From assembly GCA_002269645.1 (NCBI GenBank), contig NIVC01000040.1, forward strand, positions 868,001 to 932,000: a stretch of 64,000 nt of DNA. Reading direction: 5' to 3'. This document shows, one piece after another, positions 12,708 to 24,740 of this stretch (position 1 is the stretch's first letter; each line of letters starts with the position of its first letter). The DNA is from Macrostomum lignano. Lineage: Eukaryota. Position numbers and translations under genes: made by a program. The notes beneath the pieces were generated by a model. It did not search any database. It worked only from the letters and a program-made list of their open reading frames with translations, and was not told the origin of the DNA.

Positions 12708-14168
12708 TCAGAGCTGGTGCTGCTGATGATGGTGAACACCAGGCGCTGGAGAAGCGCTAGCGGCGGCCAGAGAAGGCATGCTGCCCCAGGACTTCATGCA
12801 GTAGGCGGCACTGCCGGGCACCACATGCGGCAGGTGCTGGTAGACTGCGGGCGTCGGGACAGCCGTGCTGCTGTACATAACAGGCTGCGGCAGTTGCTGG
12901 TACTGCTGTTGTTGGTGCTGCTGCTGCTGCTGGAACTGCTGCTGGTACTGCTGCTGATGCTGCTGCCACAGGCTGGCCTGACGCTGCGACTGTACGCGGT
13001 ACATGGCAAATCGAGGATAAGCGGCGGCAGCGGCGGCAGCGGCAGCGGCGGCAGCGGCAGCAGCCGAGGTGCCCGGATCCGACGACTGATGCTGATGCAA
13101 CTGCCAGCAGGGCGTCGCAGGGGCTGCGGCGGTCACCGCGGCGCCGGCCGAGGATGCAACAGCCATCACTGGGGGAGGCGGCAGCTGGGTTTGCATCGGC
13201 GGCAGTGGCGGCATCTGCTGCTGCTGCTGCTGCTGCGGTGTCTCGCCAGCAGCCGAAATGTAGCACTCAGCCATGGCTGCCTCAATCGACTGGGACGAAG
13301 CGTCAGCCGAGGCGGCAGCGGTGGCAGTAACTGAGACGGCGCTCTCGTCGCAGGCGACGCCGCTGTCATCGCCCGGAGTAGGCGTGGCGGTTTCTGCGGG
13401 CGCCGTCTGCTGCTGCTGCTGGCGAAGGCTGGGATCAGTTGGATGGCGCTGTCTTGAATGATCGACCGACTCGCAGGTTTGGTGACCATCGGAGGCGGTC
13501 GGGCTGCCCTGACTCTGCTGATAATCTTCGTAGCCGCCGCTAGGGCACACCGGAGTTGAATAGGACGTGCTGAAGTGCAACTGGTGCTGGTAGTGCTGCT
13601 GATGATGATGCTGCGGAATCTGGTAGAGCATTGGCTGCTGCTGGTGCTGCTGGTGGTGATATCCGGCCGGCAATAGTACAGGCTGGGTCGGATAATAACC
13701 CTGGATGTAGTATCCGTGCTGTTGCTGTTGCTGGGCCGGCGTGCTAATGCTGTAGCCAACCGCTGGCGGCACCTGCATCTGCGGAGCCAGCTGCGATACG
13801 GATGATGGCGCGTAGTAACCAGTATGGTACGGGGCCTGCGCCGACCATTGCTGCTGCTGTTGTTGTTGATGCTGCTGCTGCTGATGATGCTGCTGCTGCT
13901 GATGATGATGCTGATGATGATGATTCTGCTGATGCTGTTGCTGGCTCCGAATCTTCTCGGCAACCTTGTCAGCCACCTGGTCGGAGATCTCCTGCAGCAA
14001 ATGGCTCATGTCAGGTTGTTGCTGTTGTTGCTGCTGTTGCTGCTTTGGCTGAAGCTGAGGCTGATGGAATTGATTAGACGGCTGACTCTGATGCGTCATC
14101 ATAGCTGGCTGAGATTGTTGACGCAGAAACATCGGCGCTTGAGCCGGCTTAAAATAGTAGGCCGTCAT
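12708..14168 (-). CDS. Intronless 486-aa Gln/His/Ala-rich low-complexity protein
   Basis: ATG at 14168 to TGA at 12708, with polyQ, polyH and polyA tracts mixed with non-repetitive sequence. Upstream GC-rich region with CCAAT and GC boxes (about 14400-14700). No domain recognised. Confidence 0.65.
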   Translation of the reverse strand: MTAYYFKPAQAPMFLRQQSQPAMMTHQSQPSNQFHQPQLQPKQQQQQQQQQPDMSHLLQEISDQVADKVAEKIRSQQQHQQNHHHQHHHQQQQHHQQQQHQQQQQQQWSAQAPYHTGYYAPSSVSQLAPQMQVPPAVGYSISTPAQQQQQHGYYIQGYYPTQPVLLPAGYHHQQHQQQPMLYQIPQHHHQQHYQHQLHFSTSYSTPVCPSGGYEDYQQSQGSPTASDGHQTCESVDHSRQRHPTDPSLRQQQQQTAPAETATPTPGDDSGVACDESAVSVTATAAASADASSQSIEAAMAECYISAAGETPQQQQQQQMPPLPPMQTQLPPPPVMAVASSAGAAVTAAAPATPCWQLHQHQSSDPGTSAAAAAAAAAAAAAAAYPRFAMYRVQSQRQASLWQQHQQQYQQQFQQQQQHQQQQYQQLPQPVMYSSTAVPTPAVYQHLPHVVPGSAAYCMKSWGSMPSLAAASASPAPGVHHHQQHQL

Positions 14169-15214
14169 GCTTGTTTTTCTCGATGTTTTTTGTTTGTTTG
14201 TTTCGTTGTTTTTCCTCTGCTTATTTTTGCTAGGTTCGCTCGGTTCTCATTAGCTAGTAAACAATTTGTAAACTAACAGGCTGTGTACACAGAAGCCAAG
14301 GAGCGGATTGCGCCAAACTCAGTGTATTAGATTGACTAATTAAATTATTACAGTCTAACACATCTGACTGGGACAGGGTCGGGCTAAGAGAAAAAGAACG
14401 CGATGAACGGTTGGCCTGGGATGAATATATTTACAATCCAAGTCGGGGAGGGGGGTTGGGGTTAGGCGCAGTGCGTAGGCCTAATAAAAACTCCACCCCC
14501 TCCGTTAAAAACGATAGCCAAAGGTCGAGAAGGGGAGGCGGGCTAAGCCTTGCAGCCCACCAGTTTTATTGTTTGGCGGAGGAGGGGGTGGGTGAGAAGC
14601 GAGGAAGGGCAGTACGGTTAAAGGCTTGGCCAATCAACGCTTACTGTTGCCTTTTCAGTTTCATAGGACCGCACGGCCTCGAACCCCGCTGGCTAAGGGG
14701 GTTGGTTCTTTGTTATTGAGTTCACTGTATTAAAGCGCATTTTAAACATTGGTGCAGAGGCACCAAATCGTGCTAAAGTAGCTTTTTGAAAGTCATCGTG
14801 TTCACAAGTACATTCTTATCGTTAGTGGCTTATTGAAGGTCATAAAAATTACACAGAGAAGACTGCGAATGCAAAACCACTGCATTTAAATCTATGCAAT
14901 CAAGGTTAATTAGAGTTCAGTTCGTCAGCCGCTAATCGCTAGACTTACATCCTATTTACATGCAATCCTGCTCGTAGTCTTCAGGGACAATCTGTAAATA
15001 GAGTTTAATAAAGAAATCAGGCATCATAAAAGTCGTTTAGACATTCAAATTTAAAATAATTTTCTAAAATGGGAGGAAAGCAGAAAAGCAGAGTTGACAC
15101 GAAATGACGAGGTTGAAATTGAAAGATGATCACGCGTGGCTGTGACATAGGTCATTGTGTTCTCAGAATAGAACATGAGTAGCAGTGAACATCTGGTTGT
15201 TGTGGTCTATAAAG

Positions 15215-15430
15215 TCAGAATAGCCGCAGAGAGTGGTCATAGAATAGCCGCAGAGAATGGTCATAGAATAGCCGCAGCTAGAGAGTAATCATAGAATAGC
15301 CGCAGAGAGTGGTTATAGAATAGCCACAGTGAATGGTCATATAATAGCCACAGAGAATAGTTGGAAAGAATGGCCATAGATTAGCCGCGGAGAATGGTCA
15401 TAGCATAGCCGCGGAAAACAGTCATAGAGA
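15215..15430. repeat. Degenerate 24-bp repeat (AGAATAGCCGCAGAGAGTGGTCAT)
   Basis: About 8 imperfect copies upstream of the Ly6 gene. Confidence 0.8.
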
Positions 15431-15761
15431 CAGTAGGGAATGATCATTAGGGTGGAATAACCAATACGTGTAAGGATTGTGCGGCCGCCTAAAAATTAGC
15501 CGATAGAAATTCCTGATGAAGCTAAGATATATTAGTCCACCCTAGCAACAGGGATAGCAATTTTGAATATTGAATAGAGTCAAGCAACAATGGGTCTTTA
15601 TTGGCTGGCACAATATGGTGCTCTGCACTTTGCTCTTAGTTAATAAAAAATTCGTAGTCATTGTATAGAGAGGTTCAGGAAATCTCTCCCCCCTCCTATC
15701 AGAACTCTTTTATAGAATAATTTTTGATAGCTCAACACTTGAGCAGGAGCTTCTAGGCAAC

Positions 15762-17481
15762 ATGCCGTTAGCAACAGTTAAAGCAGTGTTTATTACTCTA
15801 GCTATAATGTTGGCCAAACCCAACACAGCCCTGGTGTGCTACAGTTGCGGCAGCGGCCTCTGCACCGACTCGTCGGAGGACAGCTTCGATTCGTCGACTG
15901 TTGGGCAGGTGTACAGCGTTGGCAGCAGCGGCTGCGCACTCTGCTATGTGAGGCCTTCCTCTAGCCTAGCCGCTTGCTTAGGGATAGTACAGTATGCAAA
16001 TGGGACTGAGAGTGAGAATAGGGTCATAGAGGGTGGTTGGGACAGTGAGAGTAGGGTCATAGAGGGTGGTTGGGACAGTGAGAGTAGGGTCATAGAGGGT
16101 GGTTGGGACAGTGAGAGTAGGGTCATAGAGGGTGGTTGGGACAGTGAAGGTAGGGTCAAAGAGGGTGGTGATTGGGACAGTGAGAGTAGGGTCATAGAGG
16201 GTGGTTGGGACAGTGAGAGTAGGGTCATAGGGGGTGGTGATTAGGACAGTGAGAGTAGGGTAATAGAGGGTGATTGGGACAGTGAGAGTAGGGTCATACA
16301 GGGTGGTGATTAGGACAGTGAGAGTAGGGTAATAGGGGGTGATTAGGACAGTGAGAGTAGGGTAATAGGGGGTGATTGGGACAGTGAGAGTAGGGTCATT
16401 GAGGGTGGTTGGGACAGTGAGAGTAGGGTCATAGAGGGTGGTGATTAGGACACTGAGAGTAGGGTCATAGAGGGTGATTAGGACAGTGAGAGTAGGATCA
16501 TAGAGGGTGGTGATTGGGACAGTGAGAGTAGGGTCATAGAGGGTGATTGGGACAGTGAGAGTAGGGTCATAGAGGGTGATTGGGACAGTGAGAGTAGGGT
16601 CATGAAGGGTGATTGGGACAGCGAGAGAAGGGTCAAAAGAGGGTGGTGATTGGGACAGTGAGAGTAGGGTCATAGAGGGTGGTTGGGACAGTGAGAGTAG
16701 GGTCATAGAGGGTGGTGATTGGGGCAGTGAGAGTAGGGTCACGAAGGGTGATTGGGACAGTGAGAGTACGAGCTAGGGTCATAGAGGGTGGTGGTTGGGA
16801 CAATGAGAGTAGGGTCATAGAGGGTGGTGATTGGGACAGTGAGAGTAGGGTCATACAGGGTGGTGATTGGGACAGTGAGAGTAGGGTCATACAGGGTGGT
16901 GATTGGGACAGTGAGAGTAGGGTCATACAGGGTGGTGATTGGGACAGTGAGAGTAGGGTCATACAGGGTGGTGATTGGGACAGTGAGAGTAGGGTCATAC
17001 AGGGTGGTGATTGGGACAGTGAGAGTAGGGTAATAGAGGGTGATTGGTACAGTGAGAGTAGGGTCATAGAGGGTGATTGGGACAGTGAGAGTAGGGTCAT
17101 GAAGGGTGATAGGAACAGCGAGAGTAGGGTCATAGATGACATAGTCATAGAGGCTGGGAAACAATGACAATATGCGGCATAAAAACAGAGTATGACAAGT
17201 AATTGGACTCCATTCTCCTGACGCCAGACAGCCTTTCAATCCAATTGAACCCTTGAACACAGAAAGCAGTGGACCAGTTGTCAAAGTCGGTGAGCAGATA
17301 CTGCGTGACAGTTGACAACTGTCCAGTGATCTACAATGCCAAGGTGCACTGCTGCAGCGAACGATTGTGCAATCGCGGCTCAAGGACGTCGATGCCCACG
17401 TTGGCCTCGTCCAGATGCTGCCTACAAGCGATTGCCGTATGGCTCACGGCGGCAATTTGGATCGGAAACTTCATTGAGTGA
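15762..17481 (+). CDS. Ly6/uPAR (three-finger) family protein, probably GPI-anchored
   Basis: Exons 15762-15947 and 17263-17481 (phase 0, GT-AG). Signal peptide, 10 Cys (CYSC..C..CALC..C..C..CCSERLCN) and a hydrophobic C-terminal tail. Confidence 0.85.
16002..17135. repeat. 33/36-bp G-rich minisatellite filling the Ly6 intron
   Basis: Unit GGGACAGTGAGAGTAGGGTCATAGAGGGTGGT(GAT)T. Confidence 0.95.
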
Positions 17482-17530
17482 ATTGGCATCATTATCATGC
17501 ACAATATGCATGACAACTGCCGGCAAACTC

Positions 17531-17532
<2 letters not shown>

Positions 17533-17561
<29 letters not shown>

Positions 17562-17624
17562 GCAGACACACAGACAAACAGAAATACAGACAGACAGACA
17601 GACACACAGACAGACAGACAGACT

Positions 17625-17659
<35 letters not shown>

Positions 17660-17660
17660 T

Positions 17661-17723
<63 letters not shown>

Positions 17724-17724
17724 T

Positions 17725-17775
<51 letters not shown>

Positions 17776-17776
17776 T

Positions 17777-17815
<39 letters not shown>

Positions 17816-17816
17816 T

Positions 17817-17888
<72 letters not shown>

Positions 17889-18017
17889 GGCACACAGACA
17901 AACAGAAATACAGACAGACAGACAGACACACAGACAGACAAACAGAAATACAGACAGACTGACAGACAGACAGACAGACAGACAGGCAGGCATTCAGACA
18001 GAAACTAAGATAGACAC

Positions 18018-18060
<43 letters not shown>

Positions 18061-18061
18061 C

Positions 18062-18100
<39 letters not shown>

Positions 18101-18141
18101 CACAGACAGACAGACACACAGACAGACAGACAAACAGAAAT

Positions 18142-18188
<47 letters not shown>

Positions 18189-18428
18189 CACAGACAGACA
18201 GTCAGGCAGACAGACAGACAGACAGACACACAGACAGACAGACACACAGACAGACAGACAAACAGAAATACAGACAGACAGACAGACAGACAGAAACTAA
18301 GATAGACACACAGACAAACAGACAGGCAGACACAGACAGACAGGCAGACACAGACAGACAGACAGACAGACACTCCGACAGACAAACAGACGACATGCAG
18401 ACAGACAGACAGACAGACAGACAGACAT
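17533..18428. repeat. (GACA)n compound microsatellite
   Basis: About 900 bp, starting about 50 bp after the Ly6 stop, with interrupted blocks repeated internally. Confidence 0.95.
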
Positions 18429-18915
18429 GCAGATTATCTGCAACGAACATTTGATTGTCGAATGTCATTGGGAAAAAATAAAACAAAGTTTAACAATTCG
18501 GCGATAAATTTAACTAGTTAAATCAGCAGTTCAAATTTAAAATTATTTCAAAAAATTATATTCTATCGCAAATTACAAAAACACGCATTACATTCGAAAT
18601 CTGAAGCATTTGCACCTGGAGTAGAGCAGTAATAGAATTATGAAAATACAGAATAAAAAACTATAGAAAATACGAAGAACAATTTACTGAATTTTATTTT
18701 GTTCATAGAATTATATTAGAAATTAAGTAATCCAAGAAAAGTCCTCTAGTTTAAATAGATGATTAACGCGACAACATACTACTGCCTTCGTCAATACTCG
18801 TACAAGTAGCATCGGAGATTGGCTGATTCGAAAAAGAATATAAAAAACTTGAAATTAACGAGTAATAGGTTAATTAATTAATGGCAAGGAGATAACCATG
18901 CTCTACCCTTCTATG

Positions 18916-19315
18916 AGCCAGTTCTTCACCCCTACCCCCAATTTCAGCCAGTTCTTCACCCCTACCCCCAATTTCAGCCAGTTCTTCACCCCTACCCCCA
19001 ATTTCAGCCAGTTCTTCACCCCTACCCCCAATTTCAGCCAGTTCTTCACCCCTACCCCCAATTTCAGCCAGTTCTTCACCCCTACCCCCAATTTTAGCCA
19101 GTTCTTCACCCCTACCCCCAATTTTAGCCAGTTCTTCACCCCTACCCCCAATTTTAGCCAGTTCTTCACCCCTACCCCCAATTTCAGCCAGTTCTTCACC
19201 CTTACCCCCAATTTCAGCCAGTTCTTCACCCTTACCCCCAATTTCAGCCAGTTCTTCACCCCTACCCCCAATTTTAGCCAGTTCTTCACCCTTACCCCCA
19301 AATTTCAGCCAGTTC
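18916..19315. repeat. 30-bp minisatellite, about 13 copies
   Basis: Unit GCCAGTTCTTCACCCCTACCCCCAATTTYA, located 3' of CTSC. Confidence 0.95.
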
Positions 19316-19512
19316 TGCACACCATGTAGTTTTTAGAAGACAAAAGAAGCGAGAGCATAGAGAAATTGTATCAAAAAACCTGTTAAGATTCTGGATCATC
19401 ATTAGATTGCTATTGTACTTCGTGCAAATAACAAGTTGAAAAGTTAACCAATCAAAAGGACAGTGCGTACTATTGTTTGAAATCGATCAACATATTTTTT
19501 AACCAAAAAAGT

Positions 19513-22500
19513 TCACGGCATCATCGGGAAGGATTCCACAGCGAGGGACTCTATAGCGCACTCGTCGGCTCCTCGCACAATCCTGAAAAAGCCCTGCTCA
19601 CCCCAGCTGGTGCCCCAGCTATTCTTCACAATCCAGTACTTTACTCCGCTGTTGGAGTCGACTCCGTAGCCAACCAGCAGTACAGCGTGATTGGTCACCT
19701 CGAACGGGTTGAACTTGTCGCGCAGGCCAGTGTGCCGGTAGATGCCGCCTCGATAGTGTAAGAAATCGGAGTACACCTCGAATGAGACGCTCAATGGGCC
19801 GTGATTGACCAGGGCGATGCGCATCGCCTCCTCCGAGCAGCTGACGGTTGGAGAGGTGCGCCAAATACTCAAGCATATGTACTTTTACTAAGTCTACTCT
19901 AAAGTCTACTCAGTTGACAGGTAATAATTTGCCTAGAATACATAACTACAACCGTCAAACCAACGCAAAGTACAATTAAATTCACATAGAACACCTATAG
20001 GTCTATCTACAACCTACCTAGAACCCCTGGAACCAACTCAGAACACCTAGAACCCCTGGAACCAACTCAGAACACATAGAACCCCTGGAACCTACTCAGA
20101 ACACCTAGAACCCCTGGAACCTACTCAGAACACCTAGAACCCCTGGAACCAACTCAGAACACCTAGAACCCCTGGAACCAACTCAGAACACATAGAACCC
20201 CTGGAACCTACTCAGAACACCTAGAACCCCTGGAACCTACTCAGAACACCTAGAACCCCTGGAACCTACTCAGAACACCTAGAACCCCTGGAACCTACTC
20301 AGAACACATAGAACCCCTGGAACCTACTCAGAACACCTAAAACCCCTGGAACCTACTCAGAACACCTAAAACCCCTGGAACCTACTTAGAACACCTAGAA
20401 CCCCTGGAACCTACTCAGAACACCTAGAACCCCTGGAACCTACTCAGAACACCTAAAACCCCTGGAACCTACTCAGAACACATAGAACCCCTGGAACCTA
20501 CTCAGAACACCTAAAACCCCTGGAACCTACTCAGAACACCTAAAACCCCTGGAACCTACTCAGAACACCTAAAACCCCTGGAACCTACTTAGAACACCTA
20601 GAACCCCTGGAACCTACTCAGAACACCTAGAACCCCTGGAACCTACTCAGAACACCTAAAACCCCTGGAACCTACTCAGAACACCTAGAACCCCTGGAAC
20701 CTACTTAGAACACCTAAAACCCCTGCAACCTACCCAGAACGCTTCCAACCTACTCAGAAAACTACCAAAGAACAGCCGCAGCAACTCACGCGCCATAGTA
20801 GCCACCAACGTATTGATAATTAGTAGCGAACAGCCGCCGACAAGGCTGCTTGGTTCGGCAGACGCCATCCTGACCCTTGTAGGGATTGCACTCCTCCAGA
20901 GCCATGCCGTAGTCTTCGGCGTATTTGCCAGCAATCAAATAGGGAAAACCGCCGTCGCAGCCCTGCGAATAGGGCGAGCATTCCACAACGTCCTGCTCGC
21001 TCAGGGTGTAATTAACGCTGTTACGAGTGAGAATTTTTAGTCGAGCTTCCAGCATGCCCGTAGACGAGAACGAGTAGCAGCTGCCGCAGCTGGCCTGGTT
21101 GCGCACCGGGGACACGTAGCTTTGGCCGTTCACCTGGCGGGTGTTGGCGCGGGCTGAGTGTGTTCAGTTTGGGAGAAAAAACAAAAAAGTAAGGGACAAC
21201 TATAAAACACTGTACAGCACTGTAGAAGGGTAGAGAGGCAGACAGGGGAGTGAGAGACAGGCAGATAGGAGAGTGAGAGGCAGGCAGACAGGGGAGTGAG
21301 AGGCAGGCAGGGGAGTGAGAGGCAGACAGGGGAGTGAGAGGCAGGCAGGAGAGTGAGAGGCAGACAGGGGAGTGAGAGGCAGGCAGGAGAGTGAGAGGCA
21401 GACAGGGGAGTGAGGGGCAGACAGAGGAGTGAGAGGCAGGCAGACAGACAGGGGAGGGGGAGATTGCCAGTCAAACCTGTCTCCAATCCCAGCTGTCTGG
21501 CAATAATCTCACCTGTCTCCAATCCCAGCTGTCTGGCAATAATCTCACCTGTCTCCAATCTCAGCTGTCTGGCAGTAATCTCACCTGTCTCCAATCCCAG
21601 CTGTCTGGCAGTAATCTCACCTGTCTCCAATCCCAGCTGTCTGACAATAATCTTATCTGTCTTCAATCCCAGCTGTCTGGCAATAATCTCACCTGTCTCC
21701 AATCCCAGCTGTCTGGCAGTAATCTCACCTGTCTCCAATCCTAGCTGTCTGGCAATAATCTCACCTGTCTCCAATCCTAGCTGTCTGGCAATAATCTCAC
21801 CTGTCTCCAATCCTAGCTGTCTGGCAATAATCTCACCTGTCTCCAATCCCAGCTGTCTGGCAGTAATCTCACCTGTCTCCAATCCCAGCTGTCTGACAAT
21901 AATCTTATCTGTCTTCAATCCCAGCTGTCTGGCAATAATCTCACCTGTCTCCAATCCCAGCTGTCTGGCAATAATCTCACCTGTCTCCAATCCTAGCTGT
22001 CTGGCAATAATCTCACCTGTCTCCAATCCTAGCTGTCTGGCAATAATCTCACCTGTCTCCAATCCCAGCTGTCTGGCAATAATCTCACCTGTCTCCAATC
22101 CCAGCTGTCTGACAATAATCTTATCTGTATTCAATCTCAGCTGTCTGGCAATATCTCACCTGTCTCCAATCCCAGCTGTCTGACAATAATCTTATCTGTA
22201 TTCAATCCCAGCTGTCTAGCAATAATCTCACCTGTCTCCAATCCCAGCTGTCTGGCAATAATCTCACCTGTCTCCAATCCCAGCTGTCTGGCAATAATCT
22301 CACCTGTCTCCAATCCTAGCTGTCTGGCAATAATCTCACCTGTCTCCAATCCCAGCTGTCTGGCAATAATCTCACCTGTCTCCAATCCCAGCTGTCTGGC
22401 AATAGACTAGCCAACAATTTCTGACTCTGAGTCGGTTCGGCCGGTCTCGGCCGCTGTCCGGCCGGGATTCTGGACAGTCGGCCGCCGGCTCGCCTGGTTA

Positions 22501-24347
22501 GATCGGCCAGACTGCTCAGGTGATATTCGGGATAGTCAACTGCTCGCCAGAGACCGGCAGCTGCCGAGTTGACTCGGCTAAGATAGCCGGGATTGGGGCG
22601 GTAGAGCACCCCAGCCTGCTCGGACCGGAAGGACAGCGGAGAAAGGTTGGAGACTGCAATCGGGTCGGCATGGCCAAGCTTGGCAGCTTTGAAGCAGGCC
22701 CAGTTGCGGCCAAGCAGATCGTGAGCAGTGCTGTTAGTGCCGAGCAAATTGCACAACGACACTACAGAGGGGCCGGATTGGCGCCATTGGAAATAGCCGA
22801 AGTATTTCCGGCCGGTAATGCGAACTTCGAAGCCCTGGTGATGTGAAGGGGTTTGTCAGTTAGTGTGTTGAAGATTTATCTACAGATAGGGGTAAGGAGA
22901 TAGAGGCATGGTGGTATAGGGGGTAGAGGCATGGGGTAAGGGGTAGAGGCATGGGGTATAGGGGGTAGAGGCATAGAGTAAGGGGTAGAGGCATGGGGTA
23001 AGAGGGTAAGAGGCATGGGGTAAGGGGGTTAGAGGCATGGGGTAAGGGGGTTAGAGGCATGGGTTAAGGGGGTAGAGGCATGGGGTAAGGGGGTAGAGGC
23101 ATGAAGTAAGGGGGTAGAGGCATGGGGTAAGGGGGTAGAGGCATGGGGTAAGGGGGTAGAGGCATGGGGTAAGGGGGTAGAGGCATGGGGTATAGGGGGT
23201 AGAGGCATGGGGTAAGGGGTAGAGGCATGGGTATAGGGGTAGAGGCATGGGGTATAGGGGGTAGAGGCATGGGGTATAGGGGGTAGAGGCATGGGGTAAG
23301 GGGTAGAGGCATGGGGTATAGGGGGTAGAGGCATGGGGTATAGGGGGTAGAGGCATGGGGTAAGGGTTGAGGCATGGGGTATAGGGGGTAGAGGCATGGG
23401 GTAAGGGGGTAGAGGCATGGGTATAGGGGTAGAGGCATGGGGTATAGGGGTAGAGGCATGGGGTAAGGGGTAGAGGCATGGGGTATAGGGGTAGAGGCAT
23501 GGGGTATAGGGGGTAGAGGCATGGGGTATAGGGGGTAGAGGCATGGGGTATAGGGGTAGAGGCATGGGGTATAGGGGTAGAGGCATGGGGTATAGGGGGT
23601 AGAGGCATGGGGTAAGGGTTGAGGCATGGGGTATAGGGGGTAGAGGCATGGGTAAGGGGGTAGAGGCATGGGGTATAGGGGGTAGAGGCATGGGGTAAGG
23701 GGGTAGAGGCATGGGGTAAGGGGTAGAGGCATGGGGTATAGGGGGTAGAGGCATGGGGTAAGGGGGTAGAGGCATGGGGTATAGGGGGTAGAGGCATGGG
23801 GTATAGGGGGTAGAGGCATGGGGTAAGGGGTAGAGGCATGGGGTAAGGGGGTAGAGGCATGGGGTAAGGGAGTTAGAGGCATGGGTAAGGGGGTTAGAGG
23901 CATGGGGTAAGGGGGTAGAGGCATGGGTTAGGGGAGTAGAGACATGGGGTAAGGGGGTAGATGCATGTGGTTAAGGGGGTAGAGGCATGGGGTAAGGGAG
24001 TTAGAGGCATGGGTAAGGGGGTTAGAGGCATGGGGTAAGGGGGTAGAGGCATGGGGGTAAGTATTAAGCACACCAACCTGATTGTAGACCAGAGTCCAGA
24101 AGCCGACATTACCAAAGCTATCAACAGCCTGGTCAGGATATTGCAGAGTAACATTCAGACTGTACTTGTAATGAGCCTGGCCGTTGCAGGAGATGCTGCT
24201 GTTACCACCGTACCGTTCGGATTCCCATATCTGCCAGGTGCCGAGTGCGTCGGCATAGCTACAATTAGCCGGCGTGTCTGCTGAGCATAGGCCTATGAGA
24301 GCGGCAACAGCAGTCAGGAGCAGTAGTTGCTGAGCTCTGATGGTCAT
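19513..24347 (-). CDS. CTSC: Cathepsin C (dipeptidyl peptidase I), complete, 466 aa
   Basis: Exons 24347-24078, 22834-22376, 21133-20790 and 19840-19513 (1401 nt, phases consistent). Signal peptide; exclusion domain [18 protein letters not shown]; mature start LPDSWDWR; [11 protein letters not shown] (catalytic Cys); [11 protein letters not shown] (His); KNSWG (Asn). An alternative in-frame ATG lies at 24368. Confidence 0.95.
20010..20745. repeat. 29-bp minisatellite in CTSC intron 3
   Basis: Unit GAACACCTAGAACCCCTGGAACCTACTCA, about 25 copies. Confidence 0.95.
21228..21460. repeat. GA-rich degenerate repeat in CTSC intron 2
   Basis: GGGGAGTGAGAGGCAG(GCA/ACA)G-type units. Confidence 0.85.
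21476..22402 (-). repeat. 36-bp minisatellite spanning the CTSC exon 2 / intron 2 junction, about 26 copies
   Basis: Sense unit TTGCCAGACAGCTGGGATTGGAGACAG|GTGAGATTA = the last 27 nt of the exon plus the donor. Confidence 0.95.
22885..24058. repeat. 21/22-bp G-rich minisatellite in CTSC intron 1
   Basis: Unit GGGGTAGAGGCATGGGGTA(A/T)(A)G; G-quadruplex-compatible. Confidence 0.95.
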
Positions 24348-24409
24348 TGCGTTGATTGATAAACTCATTAAAGTGGGGAAGTTTTGAAAACTGTGAATAA
24401 TAGGGCGGC

Positions 24410-24740
24410 ACTGTGGACAGTGGGGCGGAGATGATGGGGGCGGAAGACTGTGGATGGTGGGGGCGGAAGACCGGACGATGGGGGCGGCAGACTGTGGATG
24501 ATGGGGGCAGAAATCTGTGGATGAAGAGGGCGGAAGACTGTGGATGATGGGGGCGGAAGACCGGATGAAGGGGCGGAAGACCGGATGAAGGGGGCGGAAG
24601 ACCGGATGAAGGGGGCGGAAGACCGGATGAAGAGGCGGAAGTCTGTGGATGAAGGGGGCGGAAATCTGTAGATGAAGCGGGCGGAAGACCGAATGATGGG
24701 GCGGATGACTGTAGATGGTGGGGGGGGGGCGGAATACTGT
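24410..24740. repeat. Degenerate GGGGCGGAAGACCGGATGAA repeats immediately upstream of CTSC
   Basis: About 12 imperfect copies, each containing GC-box and ETS-like cores. Confidence 0.8.

Noticed and set aside
12672-14276. Antisense and alternative-frame ORFs over the polyQ gene
   Set aside because: Expected shadows of CAG/CTG-rich, GC-rich sequence.
15762-16244. Single-exon 160-aa protein with GWDSESRVIEG repeats
   Set aside because: A GT donor at 15948 and an in-phase second exon complete a 10-Cys Ly6 domain, so the repeat is intronic.
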